Made by a program: the position numbers and the translations under genes. From Lama glama (taxonomy: Eukaryota), in NCBI GenBank assembly GCA_028534125.1, contig CM052817.1, forward strand, positions 72,728,001-72,792,000: 64,000 nucleotides of DNA, read 5' to 3'. A model generated the notes under the pieces. That model saw only the letters and a program-made list of their open reading frames with translations, searched no databases and had not been told where the DNA came from. Shown in pieces: positions 52,663 to 64,000 of the stretch. Position 1 is the first letter of the stretch; each line of letters begins with the position of its first letter.

Positions 52663-53130
52663 AAGAATCACAGAATCTCAGGTTTGGAAAGACCATCAAA
52701 GATAAGTCAATCCAACCACACCTCTAATAACAGAGCCACTCCTTGTCAAGACTATGTTCAACCCTCACACTATTTCTCAAATTGCTGGTTCTTTCTCTGA
52801 GCATATTTGACCATAGGGGAACTCATCTTTATATTTAGACAAAATCCTTGCATTATAGCCTCACCTAGTAGTTGTGTCCATTTTCAGGGCCACGTGGAAT
52901 AAATTCAACTCTCCTCCAGGAAAAAGCCTTCAGATAGTTGAAGCTATTCCCCTGAGCCTTTTCTTCACCTATTAAGTAGGCACAGCTCTGTTCGTTCTTC
53001 CTACGTGGGATAGTTTTAAGTCCCTTGTCTTCTTGGTCCTTTCCCTCTTAAGTAATTTAATATATTCTTAAGAAGTGTGATACCCAGAACTGAACACAAT
53101 CCTCTAGAAATGTCCTTTACAGAGCTAGGT
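52663..53130 (-). mobile_element. CR1/L3 LINE 3' fragment
   Basis: agaatcacagaatc is the reverse complement of the CR1 3' octamer tail. cccagaactgaacacaatcctctag resembles CR1 ORF2 antisense. Confidence 0.65.
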
Positions 53131-53738
53131 GGAGTGATCTAACAGCTATTGCACAGTAGATGATACAATTTATTAACATGTTAATTATATTCATTTTAGT
53201 CAAGGTTGGGAGAGGTGGGAAGAGGAAGGACATCAAAAGCTTACTAACTAAATGTGCATGTTTTCTATTCTTGCTTTCTTTTCTTCATCATTGCTGTTCC
53301 CACAAAGAAAACTTCAATCATAAGTAGACTTCCTAGAAAACTAAATGTATCAAGACATAAATACATGACTCAGAAAGACAAATATATTTTTCTTATGCTG
53401 AGTTATTAAGCTTTATGAAAAGTAGAATTTGATGTAATTTATAAGGAAAAATACAATAAAACTTTCTCATTTGTTTTGTATAGAAAGAGTTAATGTTTGC
53501 TAAGGCTTTGTGTGTAAAATATAATCCCTGAAATGAAAGAAGTTGGCCTGATTTATGACATTAATAAAAACTGAACAGAAAGAAATAACTTAAGATATCT
53601 CTGCTTTATTATTGAAAAAGAAAATACAACCAAATTGTTTATTTTGTTTCTTTTTTATCAATGATAGCATAAATTCAACCCAAGTGGAGTCTTATATTAA
53701 ACCTATAAAGTTAATAAGATCCACTGTGTATACATATA

Positions 53739-53951
53739 GAGTTCACGTTTGAACAACTTGGGGTTAGGGGCACAGACCCCTGTACAGTCAAAAATCACGT
53801 ATAACTATAGTCGGCCCTCTGTACGCATGGTTCCAAATCCATGGATTCTACCAACCACAAATCATGTAGTATTGTAGTACTGACTACTGAAAAACATCCA
53901 CGTATAAGTGTACCCATGCAGTTCAAACCCGTGTTATTCAAGGGTCAACTG
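53739..53951 (-). mobile_element. Tigger2-family MITE (MER8-like)
   Basis: Minus strand starts cagttgacccttgaataacacgggtttgaactgcatgggtacacttatacg. The opposite TIR is degenerate (gagttcacgtttgaacaac), with TA on both sides. Confidence 0.85.
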
Positions 53952-54279
53952 TATATAGATTATATAGGTGTGGATAGATGAACATACATATACATATGTC
54001 TCAATTAAAATATATACATAATATACATGTACATGCATATGTATTAAATACTCCCCTGTAATATTTTAGAAATAACCTCTAGGGCAAGCAAACAAAACAA
54101 AAACTATAAAGTGAGACTTGGTCTGCCTCTATCTTTCTTCTCCCTAGATACTTTTTCCCAGTTCCAGAGTATTTTCCCTTACTGCCTTTAGATTACAGTT
54201 TTGCTATTACCAAAGCCAATCTCTATATTTATAGTCTTTTCAAGATGTAGTTGATGATGTTTTACTGCCTGATATTAAA

Positions 54280-54685
54280 GTCACCAATGAAGCTAGAGTT
54301 ATTGCGACCCAAAGTTACGTAACAGAAAGAATTTCACTACCTGCTGTTATTTGTGAAAGAAACAGATTTCTGGGCCTCCACTTCCAGCAATGCAGGGACT
54401 ACCTGGGCAGACTTCATGGCCATAAACAAGGAGAAGGGTGGGGAGTGAGGGGAATAGCACAACAGCACACTCCCTGCTGGGGCAGAGCTCCTTGAATAAC
54501 CAGCTCTGCAACCTGAATGGGGGTTCAGCTGCTAATGAGGAGGGTAAAGACTAAAACAGAGAACGAACAAGTTCCATCTTTTGTGTAGTCTGAGAACACT
54601 GTGTTTGAGTAAGTAGACTCAAGTTACTGTGATTTCTGCATTGGTTAATTGAAATTCTTTTATCAGCAACCAGAATCCTCCTGAA
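54280..54685 (+). mobile_element. Very old LTR-like element
   Basis: GC-richer block ending ttttatcagcaaccagaatcctcctga, similar to MaLR/ERVL 3' termini. Left boundary is uncertain. Confidence 0.35.
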
Positions 54686-56407
54686 ATTTATGGGAGCTCC
54701 CATAAATTGAGCCAAAGCTGTAAGTCTAAGATCGATATGGACAGATTCAATACTATAGTCATTTCAATAAGCTAAGACATTTAAAAAAGGACAAGGCAGT
54801 TTTAAAAAGGAAGAAAATAAGGCTTAATGGAAATGATGGTACAATTTGTAATTTCATGCATCTAAAAGATCCTTTCTCAATGAAGAGCTAGGGTCAAACG
54901 CATTTCATTAAATTCAATTTAATCACAATTTTTAAACTGGGGAGGAAAATAAATTTTCACAAATTAATGAGGGAACAATAAATAATTCCGTATACCACAT
55001 AGGCTGATAATTTAATCAATTGTGAGATTTTTTGATTGCTTGATTTCAAGCACTAGTATTTGAGAATATCTATAGTTGACCAGAATAAAATAATGGAATT
55101 TAGTCCATGTGTGTCATAGACAATTCTTTATTTTTCCTGAGAAAAACCACATTTCTTACGAGCAAAAATCTAAAGTAAGGAAGCAGGAAGAGAAACATAC
55201 AAAATTAATCAGAAAAGTAGTCAGTCTTTTTGTCAGCAAAAATATAATCTCAAAGGAGAGTTTGTTTAGTTTTATTTTCGTAGACAAGAAGGAGAAATAT
55301 TACTTTTAATCTAATTCTAAAGAAATCAATAAAAATGTTAAAAGTTTATTGCATTGTCACTTATAAACAATATGTTCTTTTCAATGTAAAGCACAGAATT
55401 ATTTGTCATCCGAGAAGTAAATGTAATACTATTGTAACAAATCATTATCAGAACAAAAGCTGTCGCCCTTTTTGAATGCTAGGTTCTCAGCATTATACTA
55501 CGTGCTCTACAAATATTAGATGTTTATCAAAGGAATGTTATGTATATTTTATTATGTGAATTTTTCAAATAAGCAAATTGTAATTAAGATGCCACTTTCT
55601 TTGCCCAAGGCCCATCTAGCTGACCCAAAACTGATGCTCAATTTTGTCTCCTTGCCTATAAAATGCTACTTTAAAAAAGCCCTACTCTATACTTTACATC
55701 TTGACCCACGTCCTAAGAATTTGAATTTGATTTTTACAGTTCCATATTATACTCATAGCACACATTTAAAACTAGAAACACATAATATTTTTATTTTTAT
55801 AGAATAATATTTTATTAATCTCAACAATAACCAAATGGAATTTAACACATTTTCTCAACATTAATAGTGTTACTGTATTTTAATGCTGTACTGGAACATT
55901 ATATTCAGAATTAGAGAATTAAATTGAATGATAGAAGCTGAACTTTGAGGACATTAAAGTAGTTGTTAAGTAATGCACAAAAGAAGAAATAAAAGATTGA
56001 TTTTTCCAAGTTAAAAAAAGTTGCAAATAATTTCTAAGAAGTAAAAATATCCTGAACTGTCATTAATTATGCCTGAGAGTATATTTTATGTATAAATTCT
56101 TATGGGAAAATATATAATCAAAGAAAAGGAAGAGTTCCCATACATCAATATTTTAGTTTTCTTAGTTTTCCAAGTGAAGTAATATATATTCATGAATGCA
56201 AGTGGTCAAAAAATGTAATAAATTAATCTAGAGTATAGCATTATTGTACTCTATGTCCAATAAAACAGTAATTTTGAGATCAGAGATGCATTGTCATATA
56301 TTTGCTTTTTTTTATAATTATTGAAAAACATGAAGTTTTAACTTCCACTTATTTTTTAAAAATTTTTTCTTTCAGTTTTATGAGATATAATTAACATACA
56401 CTATATA

Positions 56408-56528
56408 CTTTTGGGGGGTAGGGAGGTTGGAGAGGTAATTAGTTTTTTTTTTTTAAATGGAGGTACTGGAGTTGAACCCAGAACCTTGTGCTTAAGAGCA
56501 CACTATCTCTGAGCTTTACCCTCCATCC
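56408..56528 (-). mobile_element. Vic-1-like SINE
   Basis: tttaaatggaggtactggagttgaacccagaacct...ctctgagctttaccctcc resembles the reverse complement of the 19115 element. Confidence 0.8.
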
Positions 56529-56843
56529 TTAACTTTTAAGATTAATTTAAATTAACTCTGCTATGAAGTTTTCATTTTCCCTCTGTTGAGAACATTACCT
56601 CATACTTTTGAATCTATGTATAAAGAGAAATTAATATAGATACACACACTATGTGTATAAATGATACTTGCTGTGAAATTAAAAATTTCTCTCTGAAGAT
56701 CACCCAACCAGGTTATATTTTTGGTAGCAACCAGAACTGGCCTGTCCCTAAAGGAAGCAGTTCAAGATCCTGAGTCCCATATTTGGAAAGGCTATTTGTC
56801 TGAAACGTGCCTCACCAGGAAAGAGTGGCTGACCCATTTGCAA

Positions 56844-56860
56844 CTGCCACTAGGTGGAAG
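56844..56860 (+). promoter_or_regulatory. CTCF-like motif
   Basis: tgccactaggtggaag matches the CTCF core CCACYAGRKGG. Motif only. Confidence 0.4.
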
Positions 56861-58139
56861 TCAAGGCACTCCCTTGGTGCAGACCCTGCTGCAGTCCCAA
56901 GGCTGGCCTTGCCAACATTTCACCCAGAGCTCTGGTGTGGAAAGGAAGGACCGTGCCTGACTCACTGCCATGTGCAGGCCCCGTGCCCTCTCAGATGCCC
57001 ACAAAGATGCTGACAGCAGTGCGGAAACTTAACCTGCCACCTCAACGAATTTTGAACCTCAGCCAGGAATGTAAAAGAAAAGAGTGAGCATCTTATAACC
57101 ACAGCCAAGCTCGGTGACGGCCTGCTCACTCCAAAGCCTCTAGATCATTCTGAAGACTATCCACATAATCAGTTTTGCAGATAAGTTTTCTTTTTTTAAT
57201 CTTTTCTGCTGAAGTAGTTAAACAGCTCAACAGCTCTTGCTGTTACTCCTCATTCTAATCAGCCCTCCTCATACTTCTGATATCAGTGGTTTGTTCAAGA
57301 GCACCCGAACATACATTTCTACCCAAACAGAGTTAAGACACAATGTCTAGGAGCTAGGCACTGTGGAGGGCCACTTACTGCGGGAAGCGAATTGTTGTGA
57401 ATTTCTGTGCAGAACAGACTTCAGATAGCACACTCAGGTATCATTATAAAAGGAGTAGACCAACCATCATCACCATCAGAATTTTGACCGTGACAGTCAA
57501 GGCAGGGTTGCCGAGTCCAGACGGGCACTCAAGCTACAATAGCTCAAAAGCATCCTCTAATTCAGGCTTCATGAAGAAAATTAAGGGAATTACTAAATAA
57601 TCACTAAACCTGTAGTACTGAATGAAGTCTATTTATAATTATATCTAATTAATAGATAAGTTTAGCGTAATTATATGTATATACCAAAACTACAACTTAT
57701 ATGCAATACAGCTGAAATATAAATTTCCAGTTACCTCCTCTGAAGAACTGATGAAAATTCTTAGCAAATATGATCAAAAGTGTGGTCTCTGGTGCATTCT
57801 GTCTTCCCTGTCTCCTAGAACTGCCCATGTTTCTTTGATCTCTTCTCTGCACTTCAGTCCTTTTCATGTCACATGAAAGCACCAAAAAAGTGCTTTTCCA
57901 TGTTAGAATCATCACCTAAGCCCCTGTTTTTTAAATTGGTCAGTGTACATTTCCAGCATAATTATCATTAGTAGATTCCTACTGGGGATTGCTCCCTCCA
58001 TTCTTGTCTGAAAGGATAAAAAAAAAGCCAGCCATGGTTCACTCTGTTAACGTGGCTCCATGACCTGGGACCAACCTGTCTGAGGGCTCTGCTCTGAGGA
58101 CTCTGTAACTTGCTTCTTTTATTCAACACCCAGGATGGT

Positions 58140-58370
58140 GCTGCAGTTAGGAGCAAACTCTAAAGCCAGGCTCCCTGGATCTGAGTCCTGACTTTGTCAC
58201 TAACTAGCTATGTGGCCAAGAGATCTGTTAAGGCTTTTTCTACTTTAGATTTCTTATCTGTACAATGGGGATAAATGGACTCACTCCTAGGGTTCTATGA
58301 GGATTAATTTACCTAATTCATTCACTTGGAACTGAGCTTAGGATTATGGTGAGTATTTTATAAATGTTAC
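58140..58370 (+). mobile_element. MIR SINE
   Basis: gcagttaggagcaaactctaaagccagg...ttcttatctgtacaatggggataa. Confidence 0.8.
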
Positions 58371-58951
58371 CTACTTTTATTCTGCCCATCTGACATCTGC
58401 TATCCAACTAATTTAAGAGCTAATATATGAATGCTGTGCTCAAGTGGTGGCCCTGATTCCTTTAACTGGAAAAGGGGATGCTTCTCAACTAACTAGGTAA
58501 GTGGTTGCATCATCAAGAAGACATGACCAAATTCCAACTTTATGTATAAGTAAGTTCACCAGTTTTAAGAGCTCAACCAGCAGGCTAAATCATAGCATAA
58601 TGTCCCCACAGTCCATAATTACATTGTGATAACGATGTCAAATCATTTCTCTCTAGCTGCTAAGGTAAAAGATGGGATTCCATTGTATTTCAACTCATCT
58701 CTGCTCCAGAAAAGCTGTCAACTCATATTAGTAAATCCTTTGTTAAGAATTCTGTGTAGACATTTACAGAAGTGACTTCCTGGTTGAAGTATGGGGAGTA
58801 TCTAACATTCAGCAATCCTAAGGAAGAGATGAGGAAAAAGTAAAACCCTGCTTGTTTCTTCTAGGAACAATGAGATCTAGGTGCTCATATTTAGGAGAAA
58901 ACTGTTGAGGTTTGGATTAACCTCAGACTTTCCCTGTGTCACTGACACTTC

Positions 58952-59016
58952 AGCTAGTAACTACGTAAAGGAAGCTAGTAACTACATAAAGGAAGCTAGT
59001 AACTACCGAAAGGAAG
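58952..59016. repeat. Minisatellite, 21-bp unit x3
   Basis: agctagtaactacgtaaagga / agctagtaactacataaagga / agctagtaactaccgaaagga. Confidence 0.95.
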
Positions 59017-59035
59017 AAATTAATAATTGGCCTCA

Positions 59036-59499
59036 TGTAATAGCTAAGTTTATGAGTCAACTTGGCTAGGCCACAGTACCCAGATATTTGGTCAAATGTG
59101 TCTGAAGTTTGCTGTGAAAGCATTTTTAAGATAAGACTAACATTTCAATCAGTAGATTCTGAGCAAAGCAGATTACCTTCCATAATGTGGCTAGGCTTCT
59201 TCCAAACAGTTGAAAGCCGAAATAAAAAGGTTGATCTCCCCCTGAGGAAGAGGTAATTCTGTCAGCAGACTACCTTTGAACTTGAACTGCAACATCAACT
59301 ATCCCCTGGGCATCCAGCTTGCTACTTTATCCTGCAGATTTTGACCTTGCAAGCCTCCACAATTACATAAGTCAATTCCATAAAATAACTCTGTCTCTAG
59401 ACATCGATATGATAGAGACAGAGCTAGAGATAAACATAGACATAGAGATAGAGATGTATACATCCTGTTGATTCTGTTTCTCTGGAGAAGTCTAATACA
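59036..59499 (+). mobile_element. ERVL solo LTR (MLT2B/C-like)
   Basis: tgtaatagctaagtttatgagtcaacttggctaggccacagtacccagatatttggtcaaa ... ttctgtttctctggagaagtctaataca. Confidence 0.9.
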
Positions 59500-59714
59500 C
59501 CGAACTTCTGAAAGTAGATTTCTGAATGCCAACAACCTAATCCATATCCAAAGGGAGAGTCACTCGTGTCTTCTTCAATTTCCCTTGCGTGGATAACAGA
59601 TAACACATGCTTTGTAATTTTCTTTGTACAACACAAGGACTGCCTAGCTGCCCAAATAATGAGAACTCACTCAGCACTGAGAATAGTTTGCTTGATTTAC
59701 ATTAAAAGCATTGA

Positions 59715-59717
<3 letters not shown>

Positions 59718-59747
<30 letters not shown>
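59718..59747. repeat. (CA)n microsatellite
   Basis: Direct read of an uninterrupted CA run. Confidence 0.95.
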
Positions 59748-59749
<2 letters not shown>

Positions 59750-62700
59750 GCAATTATACCTCTTTTCAAAAGTCACGAGTTCTTAATGCACTGGAAATCT
59801 ACGAAATTTGTAAAGAACTTACTGTGTCCTAATTTTTACTTTGTAAAAACAAATTTTTATATAATTCCAAAGTAGTAGGGAAATAGCTTCTTAAATTTTA
59901 AGTACATGGTGCAACCCTTTTTTTTAGATTGCCCTCTATATCAGTAAAGAATGCATTTGGCTGCAAGTACCCTTTCATTGTGCTGTAGGTGGGTTACAGA
60001 TGTGCTACAACTGTATCAATCTTATTAGCTCTTAGATCATCTGGGAAGAGTCTGGATTGGTCAGAGTTTCTAGGCCAGTCATCTCCAGACATAAACAGCT
60101 TTTTCCAGAGCTCCACAAAGGGCCGTTCCAGTAGAGTGAAGGTTGATAGTATGCCATAAAATCCCCATGGGCAGTAAAAACTAAGAATGACATGAAGCCA
60201 TTCACTGTTCTACCATTACATGCTATACATCCAGCCAAGTATGATATATTACCTGAACATCTACTCCAGTAGTCAGCACACTGTTTCCCATCATGGACAT
60301 GGAGCCCAAGGAGCTACTGAAGGAGTTCATGTAACAGGCACTAATGGAACACAGCATACAACTTAAGGTATAGCTGCAAAGGTCTGGCTGGTAAGCTGAG
60401 CAGGAGGCTGGCAAGCACACTTCTGGGCAGTACCCTCCAGTCTCCACCTTTGCTCCACTTCTCTTTGATGTTGCTTGTATGCCCTTGAAGTAGTGTACAA
60501 CTGAGCTGCAGGGTGACTGATCTAGTTATCTATGCATTTCCAGTGATTATAGCTTTATTATTTTAAATTCTTGATATGAAAAAGTCTGATTAGATTCTAC
60601 ACCTACTTACATTATCACAAGATATTCTAACATTACATCTGTTACTGAAGAAAATTAAAAGTTTTTAGATTTGTAGATAATAATTTCAACTGGCATAAAT
60701 TTTTAAATGGTAAAAATGCATTTTAAAAACATTCTCTGCTATTTATGCAAATAATTAGTGTGATTATTACCAAGAATTTGAATATATCATAATTTTAAAG
60801 TTTTACTAAAATTTTTCAAATTATTTTCTCTATCTTTATGATAGATAAATTAAATATTTAATTTTAATGTAAATTAAATATTTATTTTTCCCATGCTCCT
60901 CTGTATTTTATTATTATCATCATAAATTCCCTGAATATTATCCCAGTGTGCATTGCAAACATTATTATTTTATATGTGATCATGATTAGGTACAGGATGA
61001 GAAATACCAGTTAAAATAGGCTATTTTTAAACATATATCAAGAAATCTCAGATTGTTGCTGCACCATCTATTCATTTAAGCTTCCCAAAGGCAAGTTACA
61101 TGCCTACTTCATCATCAGATCTTCAGTTTCTTATCTGATGGCCAGCCCAATAAACATGAATGAATCAGTAATAAGTATGGAAAAAGACAGTAACTTTTCT
61201 TTCAAAATAAAATTTTAAATCTTTAGCCACTTCATTATCAATTAGAGAAACTTCCAGAATTCCTTGGGGAAGTTTTTTTTTCTTCAAAGGAACCCTAATA
61301 CATTTAGAATACGAATCTATATTACTTAATAAAGAAGAAGGAATTCCTTGTCAGCATTTCAGAGAGAAGTGGTAAGGGGCAATGGCACTCTGACCCTCCA
61401 GATTCCCTCTGACCTCATCCCACTACCATACTCTCCCGACATTCTCCCTCTTTTCTGGTCTGACTCCTAAACGTGACTACATGGACCACTTTAACATTTT
61501 TTCTTAAAAATACAAGTCCTTAAAATATGTTTCCGATAAGTCAGTGACTGCCTACAAAGAAAGGTTTTCTTACTCTTGTTATAAAGCTTCTCACAAAGAT
61601 TTCCATCCTTCTTCAATACACTGCCCACTTTCAATTTTACTGAATTTTCACTTCAAGTCAGAATTTGTTCATATATTTATAAGTTATCAATAGGTGAAAT
61701 AAAAGGACAAAAAAGCAGAAAATATATACAACGTTCTCATTGCAAGAATAACAGCAAAGCATCTAGTTAATAAGCTAATGCTAGATAAATTTACCAAGCT
61801 TCCTGGAATGCCTATCATCTTCACCACAGTCAGCGTCAGAAATGAAAACACCTTTAGATACTTTCCATTCTAAGAGTGATGTCTACCCAAAAGTAATAGC
61901 TACGTCTTAGGAAAATTTGATTTTAACCTCAGATAATGGTTCCTGCAGGAATAAAAGAAAAACAACAGGCAAACAGACTAATAAACAGCAGATATTTTGG
62001 CTGTGAGGCCAAAGTAATTTACCATTTCACCACCCACCACATGCACCATATTTGAACAGCTGGAAAATGTTTCATTTGTTACATGATTAATTATCACTTT
62101 TCCTAAAGTCTATGGCCCACTATACAGCTAACATGATGTGCCACCTTAGGAAAAACCTAGGTGGTTTTAGCAAAGCTGGATTTACCAAACTCAATAAATT
62201 ACACATTCCTTTGGTACCTGTGTGGTTAAACTGTTTTTAACTGAACTCCACTGGTGTCATATACGTAGTAAACAAATGAGCATACGTGCAAACATCATGA
62301 CTGTTTACAGCACAAATATTATGCAGCTTGCAATTTTAGATGACCCACTGGCAAGTCTTAAAGCAAAAAGTATTTACTGTTCAGACATACTCTTTTCTTT
62401 ACACTTTTGTTATGATTTCTTTGTTTTCTGAACATTACAAACCCAGTTGTTTAGGTCATGCGACATGGCAGCTGAATGGACATACCATAAAAGCTCTTAC
62501 TAAACAGAGATTCTTTCTGGTTCAAATTTATTTCCCCATTAAACAAGAGGCAATTTAACACTTGCTTGAAAACACCACTTTGATTACTTCACTGGAAGGA
62601 ATTCTTTATTATTTTATGGACAAACAGATTACAATTCTCTATTCATGCACAGGTCTATTCTGATTTTCCCCCACATAAAATGTACATCACAAGAAAAACA

Positions 62701-63269
62701 AACAATATTACCTTAACTTGTTTTTGAGGCATTATCTGTGTTGAATTTTTTAAAAAATAATAATCTGTAACAGCTGAATGCCTGTTTTTCCCTTTAATTC
62801 TATGATTATCTGTTTAGTGCCCTTAAGAAAACTAGTGATTATATCTAATATTTCCCCCCATAATCTTAGATCTCCCAGAAAAGGAAGAAAAGAATATGTA
62901 TACAAGGCAGTTACCCTTTTGTCTGTCGTTCTCAAACAGCTTGGTGATATGACCAAAATCAAGAAAGGTCAGCATTATAAACCTAATAAATTAAATACTG
63001 AAGGTAAGGAAAGCCTAAGACTTAAAAGTAGAGATGAACATATTACTTTTTTGAATTTCTCATTCCAAAGTAATATGCAGTTACCTGATAACTCCAGCCC
63101 AGTAAATAGTTTATTAGTTTTAAAAATACCTTCAAATTCCTCTTCATTTTGCTAAATTTCACTAACTGTGTATTTGTGTAACACATAGCATGATACAAAA
63201 GAACCAGAGGCTTTTAGGGCCAAAAGTTTTTAGAACCAACTGTTGAACGTATGTCATGGGCAAAGCAAT

Positions 63270-63355
63270 ATCTCTGATACTTAATATGCTAGAGGTCTTA
63301 AGGGACTTGCTCAAGGCCACACAGCTGGTTAGTGACAAAAGCAGGACTAGACCTA
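63270..63355 (-). mobile_element. MIR fragment
   Basis: agaggtcttaagggacttgctcaaggccacacagctggttagtgaca. Confidence 0.7.
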
Positions 63356-63517
63356 AACACTTGCCCAGACATGGTGGCAAGTGATTCTCCTTTCCTGCTG
63401 CTTGCTTAGCATAGGAGGGTTGGGGACGGGAGGTGTCAATCGCTATCTCTCTACTACTGAGGACAAATGTTGCATCACTTAATCAGAATGCAGTCCTTCA
63501 TCGAGCAAAATCTCAAA

Positions 63518-63533
63518 GTGACATCTAGTGGAA
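63518..63533 (-). promoter_or_regulatory. CTCF-like motif
   Basis: Minus strand ttccactagatgtcac closely matches the CTCF core CCACTAGATGGCRC. Motif only. Confidence 0.45.
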
Positions 63534-64000
63534 AACCCAGTCTCTATGGAGACATTTAATTAAACTGCAGTCCCTTTATACCAGCACAAATATTGTGAGG
63601 GAAAACAACTCAACTCCTTTGACATTTTTGCAAATAGGTTTAGTGGAATCCATTCTGTTTACTTTTACTGACATTTGTTTTTCAGTCAATTATCCCACAT
63701 GGTTATTTTTTTTTCTTTCATAATTTATTGCTAGCAAGTTAGCCATAAGAATAAATACAAGTAATTCCTTTCTTTAGTACAAGTACCATAGTTTTGGTTA
63801 ATAATAGCTGAAAAATAAACACTCACTTTACCCTTTCCTTTTCCTAATAGTTCTAGTTTACTCATAAATCAGACTGGTGGCAACATCTGAATCCAACTAG
63901 GAAGAACTTAACCTCAAATGTATCAGGGGTTTCTCCTCACATAGCCCTAAAACTTTGGAAAACAACACATTTTACTGGATTAGTCATCAGCCAGATAACT

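Noticed and set aside
58952..59016. Short regularly spaced repeats as a CRISPR-like array
   Set aside because: Units are contiguous with no unique spacers, and the context is mammalian with no cas genes.

Overview
AT-rich, CpG-poor mammalian nuclear DNA, most likely from a camelid, since it carries several tRNA-Ala-like SINEs resembling the camelid Vic-1 family. The window reads as intronic/intergenic sequence densely filled with decayed transposable elements: L1, L2, CR1/L3, MIR, MaLR/ERVL LTRs, and hAT and Tigger MITEs. I found no intact protein-coding gene; the only protein-like ORFs in the track are broken L1 ORF1/ORF2 pieces. The main non-repeat landmark is a small CpG island (~21240-21472) with NRF1-like motifs. 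It looks like a promoter and first exon of an unidentified minus-strand transcript, with a possible 59-nt second exon. Other points worth a look are a 91-nt near-perfect hairpin (6168-6258), a tailless SINE/tRNA-like insertion with a clean 12-bp target-site duplication (TSD), a few unexpectedly long palindromes, CTCF-like motifs and a few splice-site-flanked non-coding exon candidates. I see no convincing evidence of a novel multi-component system. Repeat names were assigned by eye from remembered consensus sequences, and most repeat boundaries are approximate.
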